Virus record (IMG/VR): IMGVR_UViG_3300005739_000025 | Origin: a virus | Taxonomy: Duplodnaviria > Caudoviricetes | DNA: 64,000 nt | Reading direction: 5' to 3' (one strand) | In this document: one piece after another, positions 54,555-63,656 of the stretch | How positions within the stretch are numbered: the first letter of the stretch is position 1 | Layout of the letters: each line of letters starts with the position of its first letter | Notes under the pieces: generated by a model | What the model was told of the DNA's origin: nothing | The model's input: the letters and a program-made list of their open reading frames with translations, nothing else | Databases searched by the model: none | Made by a program: the position numbers and the translations under genes

Positions 54555-55634
54555 TTGAGTATATGTCTTAACATGATTGTTAAGGATGAATCTAAAAACA
54601 TCCTTAGATGTTTAGATTCAGTCTCACCCTATATAAACTATTGGGTAATTTGCGATACAGGTTCAAGCGATAATACAGTTGAAACTATTAAGAACTACTT
54701 TAACCAGAAAAATATTCCAGGAGAGATTCATGGTCATGGTTGGGTAAATTTTGGAGTTAATAGAAATTTAGCTTTAGAGTTAGCAAAAGATAAAGCGGAT
54801 TATATATTGCTTTGTGATGCTGATATGGAAATGGTAGTTAATCAACCAGATTTCTTTTCTAATATTAATAGCTATGGTTTTGATGAAGCTACTATTATTC
54901 AGGAATCTGATCATTTATCATATCACAACATAAGAATTGTAAGCGGTAAGAAAGATTTCAATTATGTTGGTCCTACTCATGAGTATATAACCGCTAAATT
55001 CAAAGATGTAAACAGATTAGATATAGATAAATCTGTACTATATTTCAAGGATCATGCTTCAGGATTTAATAGAACAAACAAATTTCAAAGAGACATAGAG
55101 TTGTTGGAAAACGAGCTGCTAAAGTTTCCATCCAATCAAAGATATAGATTTTACCTGGCCCAAAGCTACAGAGATAACAACGATAAAGATAACGCCATTG
55201 CCAATTACAAAAAGGTTCTTTATTGTAATGGCTATGTTCAAGAGAAGTACATATCTTGTTTAAATTTAGGTAGATTATATAAAGATAAAGGAGAAAAAGA
55301 ATTAGCAGTCTTTTACTACTTAAAATCTATAGAGTTTGATAGTTCTAGAATAGAGTGTATGGTAGAGGCTACAACTATTCTTAGAGAATTAAATCAACAT
55401 AATTTGGTTTGTTTGCTCTATGATAGATATAAAAATTACTCTAAAAATATACAGCACGCATTATTTCTAGAGCCAAAACTATATAATAACGAGCTTGAAT
55501 TTAATTTTTCAATTTCAGCCTTTTATGTTAATAGAAAGGAAGAAGGTTTACAAGCTATTAAAAAAATACTTGAATCTCCAGATAGTTCAGATCATATTAG
55601 ATTTTTAAGTGAAAAAAACTTGAAATTTTTTTAA
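54555..55634 (+). CDS. Family-2 glycosyltransferase with TPR repeats
   Basis: ICLNMIVKDE, ICDTGSSD, W.NFG.NRN, DAD, HEY, FYLAQSY. Confidence 0.9.
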   Translation: MSICLNMIVKDESKNILRCLDSVSPYINYWVICDTGSSDNTVETIKNYFNQKNIPGEIHGHGWVNFGVNRNLALELAKDKADYILLCDADMEMVVNQPDFFSNINSYGFDEATIIQESDHLSYHNIRIVSGKKDFNYVGPTHEYITAKFKDVNRLDIDKSVLYFKDHASGFNRTNKFQRDIELLENELLKFPSNQRYRFYLAQSYRDNNDKDNAIANYKKVLYCNGYVQEKYISCLNLGRLYKDKGEKELAVFYYLKSIEFDSSRIECMVEATTILRELNQHNLVCLLYDRYKNYSKNIQHALFLEPKLYNNELEFNFSISAFYVNRKEEGLQAIKKILESPDSSDHIRFLSEKNLKFF

Positions 55635-55677
55635 AATTTTAGTTGAGGTTCCTTAGAAAGACTATATATTAATAGAA

Positions 55678-56063
55678 GTTCTTTGACATTTAAGGGGGTA
55701 GCAGATAGCCGGTTGAGTCGTGCACTGCTTTAAACTGATCTTGACTCGATCAAGCCTTCTTAACAACGGTAAGGTATGGTGTTTAACGTCCCTAACAAAA
55801 TGTATCACCTTATAAATGGTATGCGAACTCTACCACTCTTAAGATCTAAAGAGTCTTCACAGTAAGATAAGCCGCAACAGGCTAAAAAATAGAGCGTGTC
55901 GGTTCTAGGTAAGTACCAAGCCGAAGACTATAGATGGTCAAAAACCTATGTAAAATACGGTTAGGTGTTCTTCGAGTGAGTGTATAAAAATATGCTAGGC
56001 ATTACTCACTCGATACCAGATAAGGCGCAACTTAATCTGGTCCGAAGTGCGATAAAAACACCC
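55678..56063 (+). ncRNA. Large (~370-nt) unassigned structured ncRNA with its own promoter and boxA-like leader
   Basis: No ORF; many stems, e.g. TCGAGTGAGT/ACTCACTCGA, ACCAGAT/ATCTGGT, GGTGTT/AACACC, AGCC/GGCT. Confidence 0.65.
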
Positions 56064-57213
56064 AATTTTCCATGCATAGATTAGCTTATTCAATTCTAGC
56101 GTTTTTATTTGGATTCTGGTTATGTGAATTCATAATTAGTTTATTCTTGAAGAAAGATAAAATTCCTTTAGAATAAGAATATGAAAGTAAAACCAGCTTA
56201 CATGTCATTAATGATTTCCTTTGCACTATTTGCTATTTTAGTCTATCTTGTTAGTAGACTTTAATATGACTCAGGAAGAAAAAATATATCAACTTCGCGC
56301 TCTTCTCTCTTACATTAATATGAGAGTAGGGGAGTTTTATAGTATGGGACTCTACAATAACAACCCGACTAGAAAAGAACTATTCTTTATTCTTAAAGAT
56401 ATAAAAAAAACATTAGAACAGACAAGTAATTAATTGCATTTTTATTAAAGTTCCTACATACTTTTAACAATGAAAGAGCTAAACAAATTAAGGGAAGAAG
56501 TAGCTGATCAAGAATTACATAAATATGATTTTTATGGGTACGTAGAGGATTCCAGTAATTGGGTAAAAGATGGAGATGTGTGGTCCTGTAAGGTCTATCT
56601 TGAAAATGAAGATGAGTATGAAGAAGAGGGAACTACTATTCCTTATTCCTTTACAGTATTTTTCGAAGAAGGTACCACCGAGGTTGAGTCTGTAGAATCA
56701 GAGTGTTTAGCTTAATGGCAAAATATAAAAAAGATTTTCAAACTATAATCTACAAAGGTTATAAAATAGAACAAGTTATTAATCACAATCCTTATCTTTT
56801 CTATGGAGGATATGGTTATCCTGAGAATCACCCTAAGCGTAGATATATGAAACCTATATACGCTGTTCAATGGGCTGATAAGAAGGAAGGTTATTGTTAC
56901 GAAACATACTACTATACTTCTTTAGTTGCCGCAAAGAGAATGATAAATTTTACTGTTAATCGCAATAAGGTCCCTGCATAATATTAACAATGACGAAATA
57001 CGATATTAATTCCCAAGTGGAAGAGTACTTTGGTACATTTGCTGCTGAACCTGCTAATGAAGACATGGTCAGTCTTAGCAGCTATTCTATTGAAGAATAC
57101 GAAGAGTATATTTCAAAAGAATCCCAAGAAAATAGTGAAATTTAATTTAGTTGCTGTTCCTATAAGGTTCCTGTACAATATTTACATAATCAAGAAAGGA
57201 GGTGAAACAAATA

Positions 57214-57546
57214 ATGGAAAACGTTATCAAAGTCGAGCGTAAGAACGGTAAGATCGTTCGTCAGACCGAAGGTAAACGCCGTGGACGCCCTAGTGGTTCT
57301 GGCAACCCTTCGCTTAAGTTGACCTGCTTGGTCACGGGTAAGTCCCGTGCTACCAATCAGAAGTATCTCCAGGCTAAGGCTGATCGTTTGGGCGTTACTG
57401 TTGACGAAATCGTTAACAACTATGTCTCTAAGGACGGTCTCAAGCAGATGGATACTTTCAATCACGCTAACAAAGAGTTGCTACGTCGTATCAATGGTGG
57501 AACTCGCATTAGCTCTGAGAAGGTCGCTGTTGCTAAAGCTGCTTAA
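57214..57546 (+). CDS. AT-hook DNA-binding early protein
   Basis: SD AAGGAGGTGA; KRRGRPS; host-like codon usage. Confidence 0.65.
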   Translation: MENVIKVERKNGKIVRQTEGKRRGRPSGSGNPSLKLTCLVTGKSRATNQKYLQAKADRLGVTVDEIVNNYVSKDGLKQMDTFNHANKELLRRINGGTRISSEKVAVAKAA

Positions 57547-58045
57547 TCAATAGAGCGTCTCCAGTTCAATCCTGCAGACGCTTCTATCTTATGAAAAAAC
57601 AAATTCAAAAACAATTAAAGTTTGCTTCTAAACTCTTACAAGAAATTTCCCGGGAACATAAAAAGGGAAACTACTATAGGTTTGGTTATTTGGCATATGA
57701 TGTTCAATTAAAAGAGTACGAAAGACTTAAAGCATTATATGAAAAGCATCGCTAGTATTCTTTGTTTACTGATTACTGGTTGTGCTACCAATCCAGTAGG
57801 AGCGGGATTTCAAAAAGAGTTTCCTTATAAATTTAGACCATATCCTGAATCTCCAGACATTTATAATTTCTCTCTTAATAATATTATCGATTTAACTCCA
57901 TACATATGGTTCCCACAAAAAGATACGCCTATATTTTCACCATTTTAATATTAGTGGTTCTAGTATCGTGTTGCTCAATAAATAATTCAAATAACAACAT
58001 GGACAAAGAGGTCCGTAAGATGTTTGAATTTATTGAACGACCACT

Positions 58046-58402
58046 ATGCGAAAAGAAGCCTTCGTTAAAAGATTAGAAAGCGGAAGACTAGTTTTTAGTT
58101 TTTACCCTCCTTTAAAAGACCTAGGAGGTAATCATTATTTTGATAAGCTTATCGTTGATTTAAACGATAAAAAGGTATATAAAGAGCTAGGAAAAACCAA
58201 AGTAGGTTATTTTTCTGAAGCTAGAGTTATAGAAGACGATGGAAGCGTGGGTAGATCTCTACTTCAAATAACTCATAGTACCCCATTTTCCTTTCAAGAG
58301 TTTGTAGATTTTCTACCTAAAGTTAAAGGTGAATATAAAGTTGTAGAGCTTAAACCTAAGACCGAAGAACACTTCGGAGATATATTGAGAGGACTATCGT
58401 AA
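58046..58402 (+). CDS. Hypothetical protein with shared C-terminal tag
   Basis: ends LKPKTEEHFGDILRGLS. Confidence 0.7.
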   Translation: MRKEAFVKRLESGRLVFSFYPPLKDLGGNHYFDKLIVDLNDKKVYKELGKTKVGYFSEARVIEDDGSVGRSLLQITHSTPFSFQEFVDFLPKVKGEYKVVELKPKTEEHFGDILRGLS

Positions 58403-58803
58403 TGAAACTTAAAGGAAAAGCATATTTTGTAAAAAAATTCTCAAATAATATATTTGGAAGCGATGAAGCTGATAGAATTATAAAATCTTCCAAAAATGTT
58501 AAAGGTAAAAGAAATATAGCACTCTATAAAGTATCTCCCCCCATTAAAGGACATCAATATGTTGTAGTTAGTAGTGTTAAAATAGAGATACCTATGAACA
58601 AAAAAGAAAGTCATATTATTCAAGAGACAATGGTATTTTTTTCTAATCATAAAGGGGATGTGGAATTTGGTCAAGAGTTTAAAACCTTTTACGGCTTCTT
58701 ACCCCATGATAAAGTGTTAATGGATATCGGCTATGAGCTTGTAGAGTTTAAGCTTAAACCAGAAACAGAAAAATATTTTGGAGACATTTTAAGAGAACTA
58801 TGA
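58402..58803 (+). CDS. Hypothetical protein with shared C-terminal tag
   Basis: ends LKPETEKYFGDILREL. Confidence 0.7.
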   Translation: MKLKGKAYFVKKFSNNIFGSDEADRIIKSSKNVKGKRNIALYKVSPPIKGHQYVVVSSVKIEIPMNKKESHIIQETMVFFSNHKGDVEFGQEFKTFYGFLPHDKVLMDIGYELVEFKLKPETEKYFGDILREL

Positions 58804-59222
58804 GTAAAAAATTAGAAGATGGTTATTTTTTAGACGATGGAAGAACGGGTATTGTTTATAAACCTATAAAATTAGGAGATTATGATGTATTTTTTAGTAA
58901 CGGTCTATTTTTTACTTTAGTAAAAGATGAAATAGTTACAGGTTACAAGTTTTACTCGTTAATGCACATAACCGCAAAAAAACATGGATTAAGTATAAAG
59001 TCTGTTCCAAAATGGCCCAAAGAAACGTTAATGTGGGGTCATGACTTTTTAAATAAGTTTGATCAAAATTTACCATATTTGTGTATAGTTAAACCTTGGA
59101 CGGTTCCGAGAAAATATTTTGATACAGGAGCTGCTCAATACTATAGTTTATACAAAAAGCCTTCTAAATTAATGAAACCTAAAACAAGAAAACATTTCGG
59201 AGACATAATAGATAATTTATGA
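58800..59222 (+). CDS. Hypothetical protein with shared C-terminal tag
   Basis: ends MKPKTRKHFGDIIDNL. Confidence 0.7.
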   Translation: MSKKLEDGYFLDDGRTGIVYKPIKLGDYDVFFSNGLFFTLVKDEIVTGYKFYSLMHITAKKHGLSIKSVPKWPKETLMWGHDFLNKFDQNLPYLCIVKPWTVPRKYFDTGAAQYYSLYKKPSKLMKPKTRKHFGDIIDNL

Positions 59223-59332
59223 GTGATAAAGTAGAAGAGATTAAAGAAGCTATTTCTAAACTAACTATTGAAGAGGTAAATGAATTAGCCGAAAAGCTAA
59301 AAGATATACTTAAACTAGATGAAGACATTTAA
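59219..59332 (+). CDS. 37-aa peptide resembling the N-terminal dimerisation domain of ribosomal protein bL12
   Basis: MSDKVEEIKEAISKLTIEEVNELAEKLKDILKLDEDI; ATGA overlaps on both sides. Confidence 0.6.
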   Translation: MSDKVEEIKEAISKLTIEEVNELAEKLKDILKLDEDI

Positions 59333-59780
59333 GACATTTATAACCGAGAATGTGATACAAATGAGTGCTACTAGAGCTACTAAAGAGTATCCTTTTGTTT
59401 CTGAGCTAGACGATCAAAGTATAAAAGAGCTTTTATTAATTAGAAAGCCTGAAGACATTAAATCGGTATCTCTTGAAGCTATGTGGATGGATGATAGTGT
59501 AGAGTGTTACGGTATTATATTAAATGGAGTAGTTATGGGATTGTGGTGGTACGGACCTCATATTAAGGGATATCTACAAAAATTTAACGATAAACTAGAC
59601 GCTAAGAACAGAGCATTTCTACAAAAAGAAGTATTTGAAATTTTAGAAAATGAAAAACAGAGAATATACGATGAAGCAGGAGATGAAAGATTAGATAGAA
59701 TAGAAAAAGAAATAGAAATGCTTGATAAAATGAAACCTAAAACAAAAGAGTATTTCTATGACATAATGAAAGAACTATGA
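59319..59780 (+). CDS. Hypothetical protein with N-terminal MKTFKTFITE propeptide and shared C-terminal tag
   Basis: ends MKPKTKEYFYDIMKEL. Confidence 0.7.
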   Translation: MKTFKTFITENVIQMSATRATKEYPFVSELDDQSIKELLLIRKPEDIKSVSLEAMWMDDSVECYGIILNGVVMGLWWYGPHIKGYLQKFNDKLDAKNRAFLQKEVFEILENEKQRIYDEAGDERLDRIEKEIEMLDKMKPKTKEYFYDIMKEL

Positions 59781-60223
59781 CAAGAGGTAAAGCTATTTTA
59801 ATTAAAGATCTTACCCCTAGAAGTAAGGAAGATTTTCAAAGAGTGGTAAAAAGTGTTCCTAGATTTGATTATCTTTTTAGTAAGTTTGAGGGTCTTAATA
59901 TAGATCATATGGAGCTTAAAGTGTATAAGCTTAACCCAAAGCTATTTGTTGATAATGTTATTAAAGATTGTGAATATGTATTAATAGCTACAATATTCAT
60001 ATCAAAACATAATGAAAACAGATACAAGTATGAGTATAAAGAATCATCTGTTTATAAGAGTAATAAAAATGGAAAGATTTTAAACACCGATGAAATTTAT
60101 ATGACCCATAGAAACACTGATCATGAAGATGTGTTAAATGATATGGGAAGAGAGTGGTATGATCTAATAAAGCTTAAGCCTAAAACATCAGAACACTTTG
60201 GAGATATATTAATGAATATATGA
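59777..60223 (+). CDS. Hypothetical protein with shared C-terminal tag
   Basis: ends LKPKTSEHFGDILMNI. Confidence 0.7.
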   Translation: MTRGKAILIKDLTPRSKEDFQRVVKSVPRFDYLFSKFEGLNIDHMELKVYKLNPKLFVDNVIKDCEYVLIATIFISKHNENRYKYEYKESSVYKSNKNGKILNTDEIYMTHRNTDHEDVLNDMGREWYDLIKLKPKTSEHFGDILMNI

Positions 60224-60651
60224 ACAAATACTTTCAAGCTTTAAATAGGGGTTGGGACGTAGATGAAGATTCAGGGTTTAAATTTAAACATATAAATCCT
60301 TATGAATATGACATGATATATTTTCCATATATTCAAGGTTTTTATAAAATTATAAAGAATAAAAAATTTAAAATGTCTTTCGAGCCTCCTTGGTTTATAG
60401 CGCCTGTTAAGCTTTCTGAATCTTTATTAAATGATGCTAAAAAATGGGAAAAAGCTCATTTAATTCTTCTTAGAGAAATTAACCCAGATACGTTATGGGA
60501 GGATCTTTATATGATAGCTGATAAGTCAAGCACCCCCAACCATTTAAAATCTCAAATACTATCTGCTTCTTTACGTCCTAACTTTATAAAAAGAATGAAG
60601 CCAGAGACTCAAAAACATTTTAAAGATATTTTTATAGGATTAGAAGATTAG
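60220..60651 (+). CDS. Hypothetical protein with shared C-terminal tag
   Basis: ends MKPETQKHFKDIFIGLED. Confidence 0.7.
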   Translation: MNKYFQALNRGWDVDEDSGFKFKHINPYEYDMIYFPYIQGFYKIIKNKKFKMSFEPPWFIAPVKLSESLLNDAKKWEKAHLILLREINPDTLWEDLYMIADKSSTPNHLKSQILSASLRPNFIKRMKPETQKHFKDIFIGLED

Positions 60652-62041
60652 ATCAAGTATTCTATAAAGTCTAGGAACATCAAGCTTAAAATGATAGTTG
60701 ATAAAATTTAGAGTTCCTTTATACTTCTATTAAATCTACAGATCTAATAGCGGGGTTGCTCTATTAGCTCCCCCGCACGCTAATAGATACACATACACAT
60801 ATACGATATAACATTATGCACGTTAACGGATACATGCCTTACGTTGGAATAACGGCCAGTGATATGATTAAAAAACTGGATATACATTTTGTCTCTACAA
60901 AGGATGGATTAATGAAGGTAGATGAGTCTACCAAAGAGTTCAATCCAGTAAATAATTATGAACGGAAACTGTACTATCAGTCCGAGTGGGAAAAGAACGG
61001 ATACAGAGTATATTGATACTCTCTATTGCGATTGTAAGATAGAAGATATTAATAGAGCTTTAGATGAGCTTGATAACTATCTTGGCATCAATCCATTTGC
61101 TACTATAAGTAAAATAAATAGAGACAAGCTTAATAATGTTCTAGATAAAATGTATGAAACCCACGGACGACTCAAACAAAGATTATACAGTTGATTGGTT
61201 AAAATCTAAAGAAGATTTTCCAAAATGGCTTTCTAAGATTTTCTGCTCTAAAGAGTATGAGCTCCGTATGCAGGCCCTCAAAAGAATTAATTCTGAGAGT
61301 ATGAACGTGGATGTAGAGAAGAATTAAGTCTGAACAAACCCTATACCTTACTCTTAATTGATTGTAAATTTTTAATCTAGGAACCTCAACACCATAAATA
61401 ATATGGTGATCAAGATGTATGAGGTTACCGTTAAAGGTAGTTGGGGCTCAAGGAGTTACACAGTAGGTAAAATAGAGAAGGATTTGTTAGTACGTGTATT
61501 TAAAGGTGTTACAAAAGTGAAAGAAATAGAGTTGCCGGATCAGGAAAAAGCCTCCATAATTCCTGGTGATGAATAAGAGAAACACATTCGAAGAAGCCAT
61601 GACAGCTTATAGGCTTCGTTCAGATCAAATGCGCGGTATTCTCCGTAGAATTGCTTCTGCAAGATTAGTTAATGGGGGAGCTGAGGAGGTTGGATCCTCA
61701 GACATCAACCATGAACTCCATGCTATGTATAATGAGTATGGAGGAGATTTCGACGCCATTCTACTTGATTCTCTCTCTGAGTATGCAGCCTGAAACAGCT
61801 ATTGAAAACTTAGGAACGATCTTTGCTTATGACGCCGATGGGTATGAAATCTGCGTTGGAGATTATGTATCCCATAATAGGAAGCTCTATAGAGTGCAAA
61901 AGCTTAAGTGGGATGTTTCCGGTGATGGACTTTATCGTGAGACTGTTTACCTAGAGCTCATACACGTCAAATCAACAAGGATTAAAATTGTTGAGGACAA
62001 AGATGTTGAGCTCCTCAACTAGTTCCGGCATAATAAGGACA

Positions 62042-62332
62042 ATGAAGATCAAAAACGTCAAAAAGTATACGATTAGTGAACCGAAGCGCACTACAAGTCA
62101 TGCGTATTTCTTTCATGATAAAGAGTCTATAGCAGATAACTTTGTCAATAGACGTCAACGTCCCTATGAGGTGTATAAGTATTTGCTTCTTGAACTACTT
62201 CATAAGGAAGGCATTACAGGTGTCAAACCACAATGGAGACAGCGCTGTGGATGTTCCTGTGGCTGTTCGCCTGGGTTTGTTCTCCAGGGCCTGAACAACT
62301 TCCATAAGGACTTCTTTATTGACGTCGAATAA
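62042..62332 (+). CDS. Small early protein with CGCSCGCSPG motif
   Basis: Behind the early promoter at 62006-62034, AGGA SD. Confidence 0.55.
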   Translation: MKIKNVKKYTISEPKRTTSHAYFFHDKESIADNFVNRRQRPYEVYKYLLLELLHKEGITGVKPQWRQRCGCSCGCSPGFVLQGLNNFHKDFFIDVE

Positions 62333-62596
62333 AGGTTCCGATATACTGTTAGGTGATGAATAAGAAACGCGACTACAGGGTCGTTTATTATGACTGGAAG
62401 GAAGATGCACCTGTGGGGGATATTATCCGTTACGGAAGGAAATACAAGAACTTCTTCCAGCTCCCCTATGATGATGGGAACTATATCGTGTTTTCCAACT
62501 TTAAAATCAAGTCCGGAGAGGACTGTGAAAAGCTAATCTTTCTGGACGTCTCAGAATTTTGTTGATCTAATAAAAGGTTCCGGTATAATAAATTGT

Positions 62597-63088
62597 ATGA
62601 ACATCAAAGAAGAATTGAAATTGTTGAAGGCTACTGGACGGCTCTCTACCCACCCGCACATTCATTGTTGTAAGTGTAATGGGAAGACCACGGCTTTTGG
62701 CACTAATCTGCAGGGCAAGATTCAGAAAGCCGGTGGATTAGAAGAACTTCTATCAACTTTTGAGTGTAGAAGTTGTAGAAACGCTGGAAAACCAGTCATC
62801 GTAAAAGTAAATACTGGGATGAAGAAAAAGCGTAAACCCAAGGAGCTCAGGACTTCTGAGCTTTTGAAGAATCCACCAAAGATGAACTTTTCCCCGCGGG
62901 CCCGCTTGAGTCTCTTAGAGCATCCAGAGATTACAGCTGAGTTGACGTCTGTGGCTTGTGTTCGTCCTGATATTTATCTAGATTCTGAACGCACATGTGA
63001 TTACTGCAACCTTTATCAATTGTGCAAAGCACCTTGCCGGAAGCTCTCCAAACATGGATGGCAGGTTAAGGAGCTAATAAATGCATAG
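62597..63088 (+). CDS. Cys-rich zinc-finger early protein
   Basis: CCKC, CRSC, CxxxxxxxxxxxxCDYC..YQLC. Confidence 0.6.
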   Translation: MNIKEELKLLKATGRLSTHPHIHCCKCNGKTTAFGTNLQGKIQKAGGLEELLSTFECRSCRNAGKPVIVKVNTGMKKKRKPKELRTSELLKNPPKMNFSPRARLSLLEHPEITAELTSVACVRPDIYLDSERTCDYCNLYQLCKAPCRKLSKHGWQVKELINA

Positions 63089-63656
63089 AACTATTATTCT
63101 TATTGGACCAGAGGGGGTAGGGAAGTCCTCGGTAAGTGATATATTATCCAAAAGACTTAATTTACCTATGGCCTTCTCTGACTATTTTGTCAGGACAAGG
63201 ATCAACGAATCAAAGAAATTCTCTACCTTAAAAGCCCTATATTATCGTCTAGTCAAAGGCTTCTGGACTTTTTACAAATACATAAAGCCTTTTGAGGCTG
63301 ATGTTGTTGTAGAGGTATTGAATAAGACAAAGAATGGGATTATTGATTTTGGTGCCGGGCATTCTGTTTTTGACGACGAAAAGCTGTTTGATAGGGTAAA
63401 AAAAGCCTTTGAGCCCCATAGATTTGTTTTTTTACTACTACCATCCCCGGACTTAGACAAATCAATTAAAATACTAAATGATGCCAATCCTCACCTCTTA
63501 AAAATCAAACCAAACATAACCGAACACTTTATTAAGAGCAAGTGTAATTACGAATTGGCCAAATATGTTATATACACCAAAGACAAGCTTTTTGATAAAG
63601 TAGCCCAAGAGATCATAGACATCATTCTTAAAGAGGAACGCAAAAAAGAGGAATAG
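63081..63656 (+). CDS. Shikimate-kinase-like P-loop kinase
   Basis: LIGPEGVGKSSV...LS.RL...SD, IIDFGAGH. Confidence 0.75.
   Translation: MHRTIILIGPEGVGKSSVSDILSKRLNLPMAFSDYFVRTRINESKKFSTLKALYYRLVKGFWTFYKYIKPFEADVVVEVLNKTKNGIIDFGAGHSVFDDEKLFDRVKKAFEPHRFVFLLLPSPDLDKSIKILNDANPHLLKIKPNITEHFIKSKCNYELAKYVIYTKDKLFDKVAQEIIDIILKEERKKEE

Noticed and set aside
55720-55740. CTTTAAA as an ochre-suppressor anticodon loop
   Set aside because: Flanks do not form an anticodon stem and there is no T-arm or acceptor; it is part of the larger ncRNA
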